DNA of 64,000 bases from Salpingoeca rosetta (lineage: Eukaryota > Protista > Choanoflagellata): contig JAWQFM010000017.1 of NCBI GenBank assembly GCA_033442325.1, positions 316,451 through 380,450 of the forward strand, in the 5' to 3' direction. The notes below the pieces were generated by a model. It was not told the origin of the DNA and did no database searches. It was given only the letters and a program-made list of their open reading frames with translations. Of the stretch, positions 32,229 to 54,001 are shown one piece after another (within the stretch, counting starts at the first letter, position 1; the number at the start of each line of letters is the position of its first letter). Both the position numbers and the translations under genes were made by a program.

Positions 32229-34767
32229 ATGCCGCCGAAAAGGATCCCGCTGTCGTGCGTGGGCCACACGCGCCCCGTGCTGCAGCTCGCATACAGCGGC
32301 ATGACACCGGACGGCATCTTCCTCGTCTCCGCCAGCAAAGGTGTGCTTGCAGGCAGGCAACGAACTAACTCCCTGGGTTGTGTGGGGTTGCGAGTCTTGA
32401 TTGTTGGAGCTGCTGCTCTCCTTCCCTCAACCCCGCGAATCTGTTGACATGTGGGGCTTTTTTGCTTGTTGTCGTCGTCTGCCGTGCCTGAGATCCACCG
32501 ACTCGTTTCACGGTCACTGTCACCCACTTAACAGCATTACATGACCACACAATCCCTGGCGGTTCACTGCTTTGCTTGTGTTGTTGGCAGACGGCAAGCC
32601 CATGCTGAGGAACGGGCAGACTGGCGATTGGATCGGCACCTTCGAGGACCACGATGGCGCTGTGTGGGGCGTTGACATTGATGTCATGGGACAGCGCGTC
32701 ATGACCGGATCCGCCGACTTTTCTGCGTGCGTCCTGAGAACCAACAAGCAAATCCAAATCACATCCCGCCACCCACCAAACAGCCCTCGCGTGCATTCAT
32801 GCCCTGCAATGGCATGCCCATGACTGCATGCAAGCAGGGTTAACATCCTGCTTGCCGCTTCATCTCACGTCTTTTTGTTCACAACACGACACGCAACAGG
32901 AAGCTGTTTGACGCCACGCGTGGTCAAGTCATCCAAACTCTGCAGCACCCACACATCGTCAAGGCCGTCTCCCTCTCTCCGGTAACCGTCCTGCTGTGAC
33001 TGTGATCGGGCTGTGTTTGTTTTTTCGGTGCAACCTTGTGCTGAAGTGTCGGTGCCTTGAATGTCTTGCATTTTTTTTCCTTTGCGACGGTGGTTGAAAC
33101 TGCTCTTGACTCTTCGGGTTCTTCGCTTTCTTCCCGTTGCTTGCTTGCATGCACATGATGCAGGATGTCAACTTGGTGGCGACAGCATGTGGAGACAAGA
33201 AGGTTCGCCTCTTTGACCTTCGCGCAAACCAAGACGGTGAGCATATTTGTTTTTGTGCTTTGTGGTTGTGCAGTGCGGGCTCTTGCGTTGCGGCCGTAAC
33301 GGTCCTGCATCTTGTCACTATGAATGCCGCAATCCATAACTCTCAGCCACCCGCGCTCACACCGCCCCCGCCCTATACTCACTGTTGCCTTGTTGCGTGC
33401 TCGTCGTTTGGTGCAGGCCACGTTATTTCAACACACGACCAAGTGATCAACCGCGTGCTGTTCACGGCTGACGGAAACCACATCCTGAGCGGCGGCGAAG
33501 ATGGCATCATCAGGTGAAGCAAGCAAGCAAGCATAATTCGAGTTTCAGATGTGGTGTGTGTGTGTATGTCTGTCAGTGTATGTTGGAGCGGTGCTCGTGG
33601 GAACATCGAGGGTCAGTTAGGCATGTGTGTAGACTTGTGGGGGTGGTTTGATTTTGCTGTAAGCTTGGAAGTTCGCTCACAGCACTTCTTCCATCTGCCG
33701 ACCTCGTGCCACACTGTGACTTGCAGAACATATGACCGCACCAACAGTGCGGAGATGAACACAATGATTGGGGATCCAATTAAGGACTTGTGCCGCAAAG
33801 CAGAGTAAGGCCTGCTTGCCGAAAAGCGTTGACAGCAACATCAACATTGTCTGCCCTGTCAAACGACTGAACGACATATCTGTATTGCTGTCTTGCTGTA
33901 TTGCCATGTTGGTTTACTCCTTTGATCGTTGTCTCAACTCAACCCTCTCGCACGCACATTGTCCTGTCCCTCTTCACACCTGCAGCGGGCGTATTCTCGC
34001 CAGCTGCTCCTCCAGCATCAAGCGCCTCGACATCACAGGGTGAGCATGTGGGCGTGGAGCATGGAGCGCGGTGCGTTTCAGTGCACAAGGGTGCTCTTAA
34101 TTCGAAACATCACCAACACGATAGAGGCTTGCTGTTGTGCTGTTCACACCTCACACACACACACACACACGCACGCACACACACACACACACACACGCGC
34201 GCGCGAACGTGGCAGCACGAGCGTTGAGCACACAGTACAGGTACCGACACCCGTTTACACAGCAGCTGCGCATCATGCCGAGGATATGCTCGTGTGGGGC
34301 GGAGAAGACCAGCTTGTCCATGTCTGCACTGAAGACGGCGCGGTGCAAGGTGAGCTTGTCGCGGTGCGTGCGTGCGTGCGTGTGTGTGTGTGTGCTTGTG
34401 TGTGTGTGTGTGTCTGTGTGTGTGCTTGTGTGGGGAACGCAGTGCGATCCCGGGCTTGCTGTCTTTTCCAATGTGCCTCTGCTTCTCTTCCTTGCATATT
34501 CGTTTCGCTCAGATACACACACACAACACATTCACATCACATTCAGACGAGTTGAACAAGCATTTTGGGGCGGTGCATTGCGTGCGGTTTTCACCCGACG
34601 GGCAGTCGTTTTCGTCGTGTTCGGAGGATGGCACACTTCTTCTGTGGCAGGTGCATCCTGGCGAGGAGTATGGTCTCTGGCGTGCACAGACAGACGACGA
34701 CGACAGCAGCGCCACCACCACAGGCACACCCGCGCCACCACCAAACCACACTGTCGCCACCCAGTGA
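32229..34767 (+). CDS. STRAP: Serine/threonine kinase receptor-associated protein (STRAP/UNRIP), WD40
   Basis: [23 protein letters not shown]...LVSASK|[26 protein letters not shown]...TGSADFSA, and C-terminal [30 protein letters not shown]...YGLW. About 9 exons. Confidence 0.92.
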
Positions 34768-34891
34768 CACTGCAAGTTGTGACGTTTGTCGAATGATGCA
34801 CATAAATTTCCACCCATTGCGGAAGAAGAGACAGGAGAGAGGAGAAGAGCCGCGAAAACACACACACACACACACGACACACACGCACAGG

Positions 34892-36305
34892 ATGTCATCG
34901 AGGAAGCTGCTGGAGAGCGTCTCAAGAGAGGTGTGTGTGTGTGTGTGTGCGTACACGCGTGTTGAGTTGTCGAGAAGCGTCGTTTGTGTGTGACAAGTTG
35001 TTGTTGTTGTTGCCCTTGTCTCATCATCATGGGCATGTACCACGTGTCACGTGTGTGTGCACGTGCAGGCGCTGATCAAGCGGTGCCTTGATCTGGAACA
35101 AGCGCTTCTCCGTAACAAGCTGACGCTGCCGCCGATTGCCAACGTTGCCCGCAAGTCTGGCAAGAAGTCCAAACCCCAGAAGCCATTTGACTTTTCCAGG
35201 TGAGACATTGCTCTTGCGTTGGAGAAGAGAGGACGCGCATTTCACGTGACCTGATGATACTTTCACACACACGAAACCTTGCGTCTCTCTCACACTCACT
35301 CACTCACTCACACACGAAACCTTGCGTCTCTCTCACTCACCCACCCACTCACTCACTCACTCACTCACTCACTCACTCACTCACTCACTCAAACGTATAT
35401 ACTCTCGCACATCCACATACCGACTGTGCAGGTACAGCAAAAGGAAGATTGCGCTTAAAGTTGCCTACCTCGGCGAGAAGTACCATGGGCTTGCAATCCA
35501 AATCTCCGCACCCGACACGATTGAGGCCCACCTCTTTGAAGCGCTCGAGAAGTCAAAGCTGGTTGAGGACATCAAGACTGCCGACTACTCCAGATGCGGC
35601 CGCACAGACAAGGGCGTCAGCGCATACTGCCAGGTCTGCACCTTTGTGCGTGTGAATGTGTACGTGCGTGTGTGCGAGTGTGCGAGTGTGTGTGCTTTGT
35701 GTGTGTATGTGTGTGTGTGTGTATGTGTGTGTGTGTGTGCGTGTGTGTGTGAATGTGCACGTGCGTGTGCGTGCGTGAGCGAGCGAGTTTTACAAGTGTG
35801 CAGAAAGACACCTCTGTGGGGTGCCTTAAGGGTTGGCCTTTTCTGCTTGCGAATCCTTATCACTGCATTAACGGTGCGTGATAGGTGGTGTCTCTGGTTG
35901 TTCGGAGCAACCTGAACGAGTGCCGCGGCTTCATCTCAAAGCCATCAGTTGAGCCAGCAAAGAAGAAGGCAAAAGGTAGGCGGTGTGGTGGGAGTGTGTG
36001 CATGCATGTGTGGACGTGTGAATGCATGTGCGCATGTGGGAATGAATGTGCTTGTGTGAAGCACGCGTGCTTGCTAAGAATGAGTGCCTACGTCAAACCA
36101 ACATCTCCCTGTTATCGTCTCTCGTTGTGCCTGCAAGCAACGGTTGACGAGCTCGATTACACGAAGATCCTTAACGGGCTCCTCCCGCCCGAAATCCGCG
36201 TCGTCGACTGGGGCGCCGTCGACACAGACTTTAGCGCAAGGTGGCACGATGAGGGGCATTGGTCATTGGGAGTGGTCGCGGGGAGAGCACGTGTTGCATG
36301 TTACA

Positions 36306-36372
<67 letters not shown>

Positions 36373-36902
36373 CATTCCCGACTGGTTTTGTGTTCGTCAC
36401 CACGGCAATCACTCAGCTGTTGTTGAGCACGCCACCAAGGTAACCATCATCTCACAGCGACGCACCCTCGTTCCATCTCTCCTCTCATCCATCTACCCGG
36501 GCAGGTTCAGCTGCAACGCCCGCCACTACAAATACTTTTTCCATCGGGCCAACATGGACACGGCGGTGAGCGCATGACATGTGCGATGCATGCTTCTTTT
36601 CATGCCACTCATGCGTCTGTCTGTTGCGCACATGTGCGTGTGTATGTGTGTGTCTGCGCGCGTGCGTGCATGCGTGCATGCATGTGTGTGTGTGTATAGC
36701 CTTACTTCCCTTTGTTCTCACAAGACAACGATCACACCACCGCCACCGCTACCACCACCGCTGCTGCTGCTGCTGCTGCTGCCCGGTGCACAGGCGATGC
36801 AGGCCGCCTGCGATCATCTCGTCGGCGAACACGACTTTCGCAACTTCTGCAAGGTGTGCATGTGTATGTTTGTGTGCATGTGCATGTGTGTGTGCGTGCG
36901 TG

Positions 36903-36934
<32 letters not shown>

Positions 36935-37394
36935 TGTGAGGCACTGTACCGCTGTTTGACACGGAGAGCATTCATTTCACGCCACACTGCACTCTGCACG
37001 TCAGGCCGATGTGGCTGGCGGCGTGACGAATTTCGTGCGGACGATCAAAGAGGCGCGCGTGTGTCCAGCGGAGATTGGCGACGCATCCGTGCACAGGTGA
37101 CGATAATGATGATGATGGTGATGATGACGACGACGATGATGATGATGATGATGGTGATGATGGTGATGGTCACCGTGCTCGTTCTGCAGCTCATGGTGTA
37201 CACGTGCGTGCGTGTGTGCGACAATATGTTCAGCTCCGACGGCGACTTTGATCTGTGGGAATTCAACATCATCGGCCATGCCTTCCTCTGGCACCAGGTC
37301 GGTTGGCGGAGGACCAAACTCACTCTTCGCATGCCTGTGTGTAACGTGGAATAGCTCTGGTCTTACTCAGTAATTACATCCCCTCACACACACA

Positions 37395-37463
<69 letters not shown>

Positions 37464-37723
37464 CCTACCTCTGTGCGCAGGTTCGGTGCATGATGGCGGT
37501 GTTGTTTATGGTTGGACGCGGCGATGAGCAGCCCGGGATGGTCAGACACCTCCTCAACATCGACGAGTGCACACACAAACCCCAATACGTGATGGCCAGC
37601 GAGCTCCCGGTATGGGTCACGAAGAGGCAGAGATTGGGTGGGGGGGGGGAAGAAGTTTGATGGTTGTTGTGCGTGCGTGCGTGTGTTGTGGTGTGTGTGT
37701 TGTGGTGTGTTGTGGTGTGTTGT

Positions 37724-37799
<76 letters not shown>

Positions 37800-38692
37800 C
37801 GTATGTGTGCGTATGTGTGCGTATGTGTGTGTGTGTGTGCGTGTAAGTGTGGATGTATATGTGTTTTTTTTTTGTTTTGTCGCATGCTGACCTGATTCCG
37901 GCACAATCACCACCGCCACCACCACCACGTGCATTGCAGCTGGTGTTGTACGATTGCAAGTTTGATGGCATCGACTGGAGCGGCAACGACGAGCAGCACG
38001 CCGCGCGCATACACACGCACTGGCGCTCCCTCTGGCAGACAAACTCAATCAGGTGTGTGTGTGTGTGTGTACGTATGTGTGTACGCATGTGTGCGTGCCA
38101 TGATGGGTTAGCGCGTACAGCGTCACATTGTGTATTGTGGTTGCATTCAACGTCCCATGCTGCATGGCAGTAGTTCTGTGCTCACACCACCACTGGCACC
38201 AACAGGAATGCGCTGCTTCGCTGCTTCATGACGGCTTTTGGGCACACCGGTGTCCGCCAATACGAGGGCAAGGTACAGTGATAGTGCAACGAGCACAAAG
38301 GCAGTGCATGCGGCCTTGATGATGCCGTGTTTGGTTGTTCGGACGTGCCGGGAGCGGTGTCATGCAACGTCCAGACTCACCATTGCTGTCATCATCTCCA
38401 CCACTAACCATCATCTGCACCACTACCACCATCACCACCGCCACCATGACCATCACGACCACCATGACGATCACGACCACAACAACCACGATTCAACAGG
38501 CGTTCTCGGAATGTGCGGATGAGGTGCAGTGGCCAGCGGATCCAAAGCACCGGCCCCTCATGCAGCGCCAGCGCGAAGGTCAGATGCCGCCCAGGGGGGG
38601 GGGGAGTTGTGTGCAGATGCACAGACAGAGGTAGAGGCAGAGACAGAGACAGAGACAGAGGCAGAGACAGACACACACACAGACAGACAGAC

Positions 38693-38733
<41 letters not shown>

Positions 38734-38958
38734 CACACACAGACACACACACACACATCAGCATTACGTCTCACCTCCCCTTGTCCGCACTGCACATTCC
38801 CCGCAGAATCGATTGCCGAGCGAATGGCGAAAGTTGAAGCGAAAAAGCAAAAGGAGGAGGAAGAACAGGGCACGGCTGCCGATGCTGCCGATGACGATGA
38901 TGGTGATGATGATGGTGATGGTGATGGCGATCATGGTGCAGCTGATAAGACTGCATGA
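34892..38958 (+). CDS. PUS3: tRNA pseudouridine 38/39 synthase (TruA family, PUS3/DEG1)
   Basis: PFDFS|RYSKRKIALKVAYLG; catalytic YSRCGRTDKGVSA; ELDY...LN.LLPPEIRV..W....DFSAR|FSC..R.YKYFF; LVGEHDFRNFCK; GHAFLWHQ|VRCMMAVLFMVG; KPQY.MASELP|LVLYDC; HRPLMQR. Confidence 0.92.
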
Positions 38959-39530
38959 GACCCGGACCAGCTCTCGCCCCCCCCTCTCCTCTCTCTGATA
39001 CATGTGCACACATGCACAAGCATCTGCTCCTGACTCTGTGATCAGATGTATGTACTTGGTCACACACGCGCACAATTAATGCTGGTGACAGGCATGACAA
39101 CGACGACGACAATGGTGATGACGACGATGATGGTGGTGGTGATGGCGGTGGTGACGGTGATAGGGTGCAGGCAGCTTAGAGTCGTGTGGTTGCAAGTAAC
39201 GATAAAGCAAAACCCCCTTTGGTCAAGGAAATCATTCTGCATGACACTTGTGCGTGCGTGCATACTTGTGCGTTGCGTTTGTGTGTGTGTGTGTGCATGA
39301 GTGTGTGCATGAGTGTGTGCGTGTGTGCGTGGGTTGGAAATGGGAGAGGGATAATTGATGGATGATGGGTGAGATGTGACTGTGCTGGTTACTTCTTGGC
39401 CGCTTCTTGGGTCTGTTGACTCCCAAGGTTTGCTTGCTCCTGTTGGTGACAAAGCGTTCACGATACGGGATGTGAGCAACTTGAGTCATCAACAAGTTGG
39501 CGCCCGTTACAGCAACTACACGCGAAGATA

Positions 39531-40721
39531 TCATCCCCTTTGCTTCATCTTACAATGCCACCACACGCATGCACGCATGCACGCACCCCCCCCCCAACAC
39601 ACGCACCTTTTGCTTCCAGAATTCGCTCATGAAGCGGGTGAGTTCTGTTGTCTCCTTTGGTCTGTGCAGCACCGTCGGCGGCTTCTTCATGTCCTGGCAC
39701 AACACAACACATGCACAGTGAGGATGGGGCACGTTCTGCACGCAGAGAGGCAGAGAGACAGAGAGACAGGCAGGCAGACACACGCACACGCACACGCACA
39801 CACTCACACACACACAGACAATACATACACGCACTCACATGCACATGATCTCTGCACCTGCAAGTACGAAACGACAAGCAACTGCAAACACCAAGCTGAC
39901 TGTATTGTATGTGCAAGCCCATTCATCGCACTCCGCCTGGCAACACTTACATCGTCCTCAATGTCCCAACCATATTCTTGTGAGCTGGTCATGGGCATGG
40001 AGTATTTTTGCTTCGGCGTCTGCTTGCCCTTCTGCAAGGTTGTGAGCAGCGACGATTGTGTTTGCTCGGAGAACTCTGCTGGCACTGTCCTGTTGGGCTT
40101 ATCTGCAAGGCACAGCGGCTTCCCGTGTGGGTTGACTGTGTAGCTGAGGGTTACAAGTCGCACAGTGTGAGAGGCGTGTAAGTGAGAGACGGGTGTGTAT
40201 GTGTGTGTGTGTGAGGCGCGCGCGCGCGCGCGCGTGTGTGTGTGGTATCTTGATGATGTGGTGTCTCCCTTGCAAATCAAAAACGCAGACGCATGACAAC
40301 ATTGCAACGCACACACACACACATCACATCACATACTTTGTGAAGAGTTTCTGGTTACGGTGCTCCTTCTTGATGGTCTCAACTGTCAGCAGCGCATCAC
40401 AAATGAGGAGAGGGGGGTGAGGGAGAGTGCATGGATGAGAATTGATTGGGATGAGAGTGGTGATGAGAGAGAGAGTGTGTGTGTGTCTCGCCAAGCGCCG
40501 GCAAGCAGCATCTTTCTCCAACACAGACAGACAGACAGGCAGACAGATGGACAAGCACACATACATACATACAGACACATGGACACACACATACACACAC
40601 ACACACACACATACACACACACACACACACAGACAGACAGACAGACACACATACCCATGATGGCGTTCTGGTGCACCACGTTGGGAGGCGGCTTGCTGCT
40701 GGCTTGTCCCTTGTCACCCAT
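39531..40721 (-). CDS. CFAP144: CFAP144/FAM183-family ciliary microtubule inner protein (3' end uncertain)
   Basis: Spliced peptide NVVHQNAI..ETIKKEHRNQKLFTKY..VNP...TPKQKYSMPMTSSQEYGWD...TELTRFMSEFW matches the FAM183 pattern (VHQNQI.RE...KELR.QKL..Y.VNP...P.KKY...T..QE.GWD). Confidence 0.78.
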
Positions 40722-40949
40722 GATGCTGTTGTGCTGCGCTGTCTTGTTTTGTTGTTGAGGGCCTTCGTTTCCAATCCTATAAATGGGACACATGGCCTTT
40801 TAAAAGCACGTACTATTTCTTCACACACACGCACACACACCGCACACGATTAGAGCAGCAGGTGTCATTCCCCCCAATGCTGTTGTTGTTGATTACAGCA
40901 ACCCCCTGAACTCCTCCTTCCATCATCTCTTCATCGTCTCAACGCGACA

Positions 40950-46026
<5,077 letters not shown>

Positions 46027-46798
46027 GCACCAGCAGAACTGTGTGAGTGTGAGTGCGTGTGTCGCAGCCGCCCTCATACCCACCCCTGTCACCCTTCTCT
46101 CTACAGTGTGTTGCTTGTTGAGTGTGTCGAGCGTATTTGTAACACACCTCTTTTATGTGTGCGTCTGCGTGCCTTTGTATGTCCGCCATCATGGCAAAAT
46201 TAGAAGCGTGCTTTTGACGTTGTTGGTATCTACGATTTCATTCATTGTGAAAGGCGAAGCGACAGGCTACGACAAGCACAAGCGAGGGACAAGAGAGAAC
46301 AAACGAGCAAAAGAAGAAGAAGAAGAAGAAGGGAGTGAGGAGGAAGGAAGGCAGGTTGCTGCGGCATGTACAATCACAGCAACACAGAGGGAGTGAAACG
46401 TGTGCTTGTTGGTGATGTTGTTTGTCTGGCACGCCATCACACACACAAAGGAGACAGGCATGAAAGCAATGCAAACGGACAGAGGAGGAGGAGGAGATGG
46501 AGCAGGGTGGGAAGAAGAGCAGGACGGCACAAGGGAAGACAAGGTCTCGTGAACGTGCCTCCATATCTGCTGAGCAGCAACAGCACGTCAACAACGCCAG
46601 AGGAAGGACACAATATCCATACACAGCTGAAGAGAAACAAGGGCAACATGCAGTGCGTGAAGCTGGCAACAACAAAAGGAGAGTTTCGCGAGATTCTTGT
46701 TGTGTGTCAAATCATTGCAATGATAAAGAAGGGGAGCGATTGTGTGTGCGTGTGCAAGGGGTGGGAGAGGGGTTCTTGTAGTGGTGGCACTGATCAGC

Positions 46799-48252
46799 TT
46801 AGAAGTCATCGTCGTCGTCGATGGGGAGCGGCGCTTGCTGGGCCTCCTGCAGCTCACGCTCGGCCTGGGCAACAGCGGCAGCATCCATCGCAACCTACAA
46901 GCAACAAGCAGCACCCAGCACGAACGTGAGCAGCGGCTATGAAGAGCAGGGCAGCGAGAAAACGAAGAACGCACAAGGACTGCTTGATGCAAAGCTGCCA
47001 ACAACACAGACAAAATACCCGACTGACACGCATACGCGCACAGATACATGCACTACACACACCCACCCACACGCACACCCACACCCACACACCCACAAGC
47101 AGACGTCGTACCTCGGGAGGGGCGAGCGCAGGCATTGCCTCAAACTCGAGGTCGGGCTGGCCGGAGAGACGGCGCGCGAGCCAGAGGAAGGGCTTCTCGT
47201 AGTTGTAGTTGCTCTTGGCGGAGATGTCGTAGTACTGCAGGTTCTTCTTGCGGTGGAAGGTGATCTGCTTGGGCTTCACGCGGCGCTCCTTGGACAGGTC
47301 GACCTTGTTACCGCACAGGACCATGGGGATGTTGTCGCACACGCGGACAAGGTCACGGTGCCACGTGGGAACGTTGCTGTATGTGATACGGGCCGTCACG
47401 TCAAACATGATGATGGCGCACTGCGTGTGACAAAGCAGGCAAGGGAAAGAGGGAGGAAGAGAAAAAACATGAGGGTGAGAAGTTGGTGGCACGAAGAACA
47501 GGAAGAACAGGAAGAAGCTGGTGAAATCACCATGTATGATGCGTGCTGAGTGAAGAGGAGCATGACAGCCCGCCCCCATCATCAACGCGGGAGCTTATGC
47601 ACATTGGTGTGCGCCCACGCGCACATAGACAAAGCCACACAAACACACAGGCACAGGCACGCACGAACGTTCGCATATGACAAGGTTGCAAACTCACGTT
47701 GCCGTTGATGTAGTAGCCGTCACGGAGGCCACCAAACTTCTCCTGGCCGGCCGTGTCCCAGACATCGAAGCAGATGGGGCCGTGGTTTGTGTTGAACATG
47801 AGAGGGTGCACATCGACACCGAGGGTGGCTGTCAAAAGCAAAGCAAAGCAAGCAAAGGTGGACGGGGAAGGAAGGAAGACGTAACGTAGGGAGGAAAGGG
47901 AAGGAAGGGAAGGAAGGAAGACATAACACGTGACAGGGTGTGGATGAGAGCACACAAAAGTCATGTGAGTTGGTGAGATGAACAAAAGTAGTTGAAAAGC
48001 AGGCACAAAAGGAGCAGGCAAGCAGAAGCACTCGCAAGCAAGCAAGCGAGCGAGCGAGCAAGCAGAAAAGCATGCATGCTGGCAGAAGCTGGGCGGATGA
48101 CGTACCGACGTATTTCTTCTCAAACTCGCCAGTGATGTGGCGCTTGACGAAGGTGGTCTTGCCGGTACCACCATCACCAACAAGCACGAGCTTGTTGTGC
48201 AAAATCAATGGGTAAAACCGCAAGGCAACCAAGGTGAGTGAGAGTGGTTGTG

Positions 48253-48290
<38 letters not shown>

Positions 48291-48517
48291 GAGAAAACAA
48301 CAAGCAAGTCAGCAAGTGTACGCCGTATCCTGTGATGATGATAATGATGTGTGTCGTTCGCGCGGTTTCACGAGGGCGGTCGTCGTGACAGTGGTTGACT
48401 CACACAAGACCGCCCACGCAACAAACCACAAACAGTGTCGCTCTCGCTATCTCCCTTTCGTTTGTCTACCTTGAAGCGGGGGCCCGTGAACTCCTGTGCA
48501 GACATTTGTTGTGCCAT
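46799..48517 (-). CDS. RAN: Ran small GTPase
   Basis: Five exons: FK|[28 protein letters not shown]|ATLGV...[18 protein letters not shown]...LCGNKVD...[28 protein letters not shown]...LAPPE|V...LPIDDDDDF*. Confidence 0.98.
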
Positions 48518-49085
48518 GGCGAGGGTTGCCTTTTGCGAGGTCAGGGAGGGTCGGGGAGAAGACGCGGGAACTCGGTCGCAGTCGTATGCAGAGGCAGGCG
48601 GAGGATGCAGTGACGCACGCAGAAGAAGAAGACAGGCAGTGAGGAAATGAAAGTTTGCAAGCAAGAGGGAGGAAGGAAGGAAACCACACACACGAGGTTT
48701 TGGCCGTTTTTCCGGTTCTTGGCTGTTACACCTGCAGACTTTCCAAACCGGTTTTTTCGAGCTGTCAAGTTTGGCAGCAAACGTCACAGCCGTATAAAAC
48801 ACCACAAAATGTATTCATCTGACTGGCTGGCTGGCCAACCAAAGCAAGCAAGCAACAAGAGCGACCACGACGACGACGACTGTCGTGTCATCCACACAGC
48901 CACCCAAATAAGAGCACATCCACGCTCATAGACACACACCCATAATCACACACATCTGCATCCACATCCACACACGCACAGAGACATCGATCGGTTTTTA
49001 TCCACAGCAAGCCCAAGTGCATACAAGCAAGCAATCAAGCAAACCAGCCAGCTAACAACCAGTTGAGGCTGTCATTACAACACAC

Positions 49086-52642
<3,557 letters not shown>

Positions 52643-53003
52643 ATCACAGGGACCGGGGGGGTGGTGATGGTGGTGGTGGTGGTGGGCAAAGCGCATCTGG
52701 GTACAGTGACAGGCCACGAGGAGGGACGATGTATGCGCGTGTGTACGCGTGTACGTATGTGTGCGTGTTTGTGCGTGTTTGTGAATGATTGCTGCTACTG
52801 AAGTTGTGATGCTACTGCTGGTGAATTGTGGCTGTTGGTGTTGTGTGTGTGTGAATGAAATCCGCGCATGAAGAGAGAGACAGAGAGACGTAACAGGGAA
52901 GAAGGGAGGGAGTGCGTGCGAGAGAGAGACAGAGAGAGACAGACAGAGACTTACAATCAGCACACACGGGATACACATCTACACATTCATAGATGCAAAC
53001 ACA

Positions 53004-53084
<81 letters not shown>

Positions 53085-54001
53085 CCCGACACACACACAC
53101 AGACACACACACAGACACACAGACACTGAGACACGAATTCAAACCATCCCCGCGACATCGCCCCGACCCCACAACACACACACACACACACACTGCAACG
53201 GCAACGCCAACAGCAACCGACCAATCAGGTCCCGCATTGCTGTCAACGACATGACATCCCAACGAATAATGACGAATGTTTTACTCTATATTTCGGCAAC
53301 GCGCATGACGAGAGTTTTCCCTGTCGTTGTTTTTTTTTTCTTGGCACCGCCCACTCTCTCAAGAAGGCGGAAGGAGGCGGAGACGAACGAAGACGAGGTT
53401 TGAGACCACCCACCCCCTGCACCACACGCGCGCACACGCACGCCAACAACAAAGAAGGACGCCTGGCCTTGGTCGCTTGCCTTGCTTGCTCGCTTGGTTG
53501 GTGTTGTGCCTCGCCCACACAACAAGAACAACACGAACAACGCATCACACACACTCTCCCTCCCTCACACATACTCTTTCAATCTCTCCGTTGTGGGTGT
53601 CGTCACACACACGTCGATCCGTGTGCCTGTGTGTCTGTGACACCTTTCAAGCTCTCCTCACAGTGCAGCATCCAAGACTCACATTGATTCCCCCCTCCCC
53701 CAATTCTCTTCATTGCGTATCTTTCAATTGTCCTTCTCCCTCTGCTATAGCACCCCCCTCCTCCTCGTTACACAACCCACTGCGAGCGTCACTCGTCCTC
53801 TCTCTTTGCCTCTTGTGTAACCCCCCTTCCACATATCTCTTCATCCACCCACCTCTTCTTTTCCTCAGTGCATCGCAAGCGCATGGCGTGGCTGAGATCT
53901 GCACCCTCTTTGTAACAGATCCGGTTTTGGGTGTCACGCGGGTGCGGGAAACCAGGGTGCAAGTGGACCTGAAGCCACGCCTCCCTCCCACACGCCACGT
54001 G

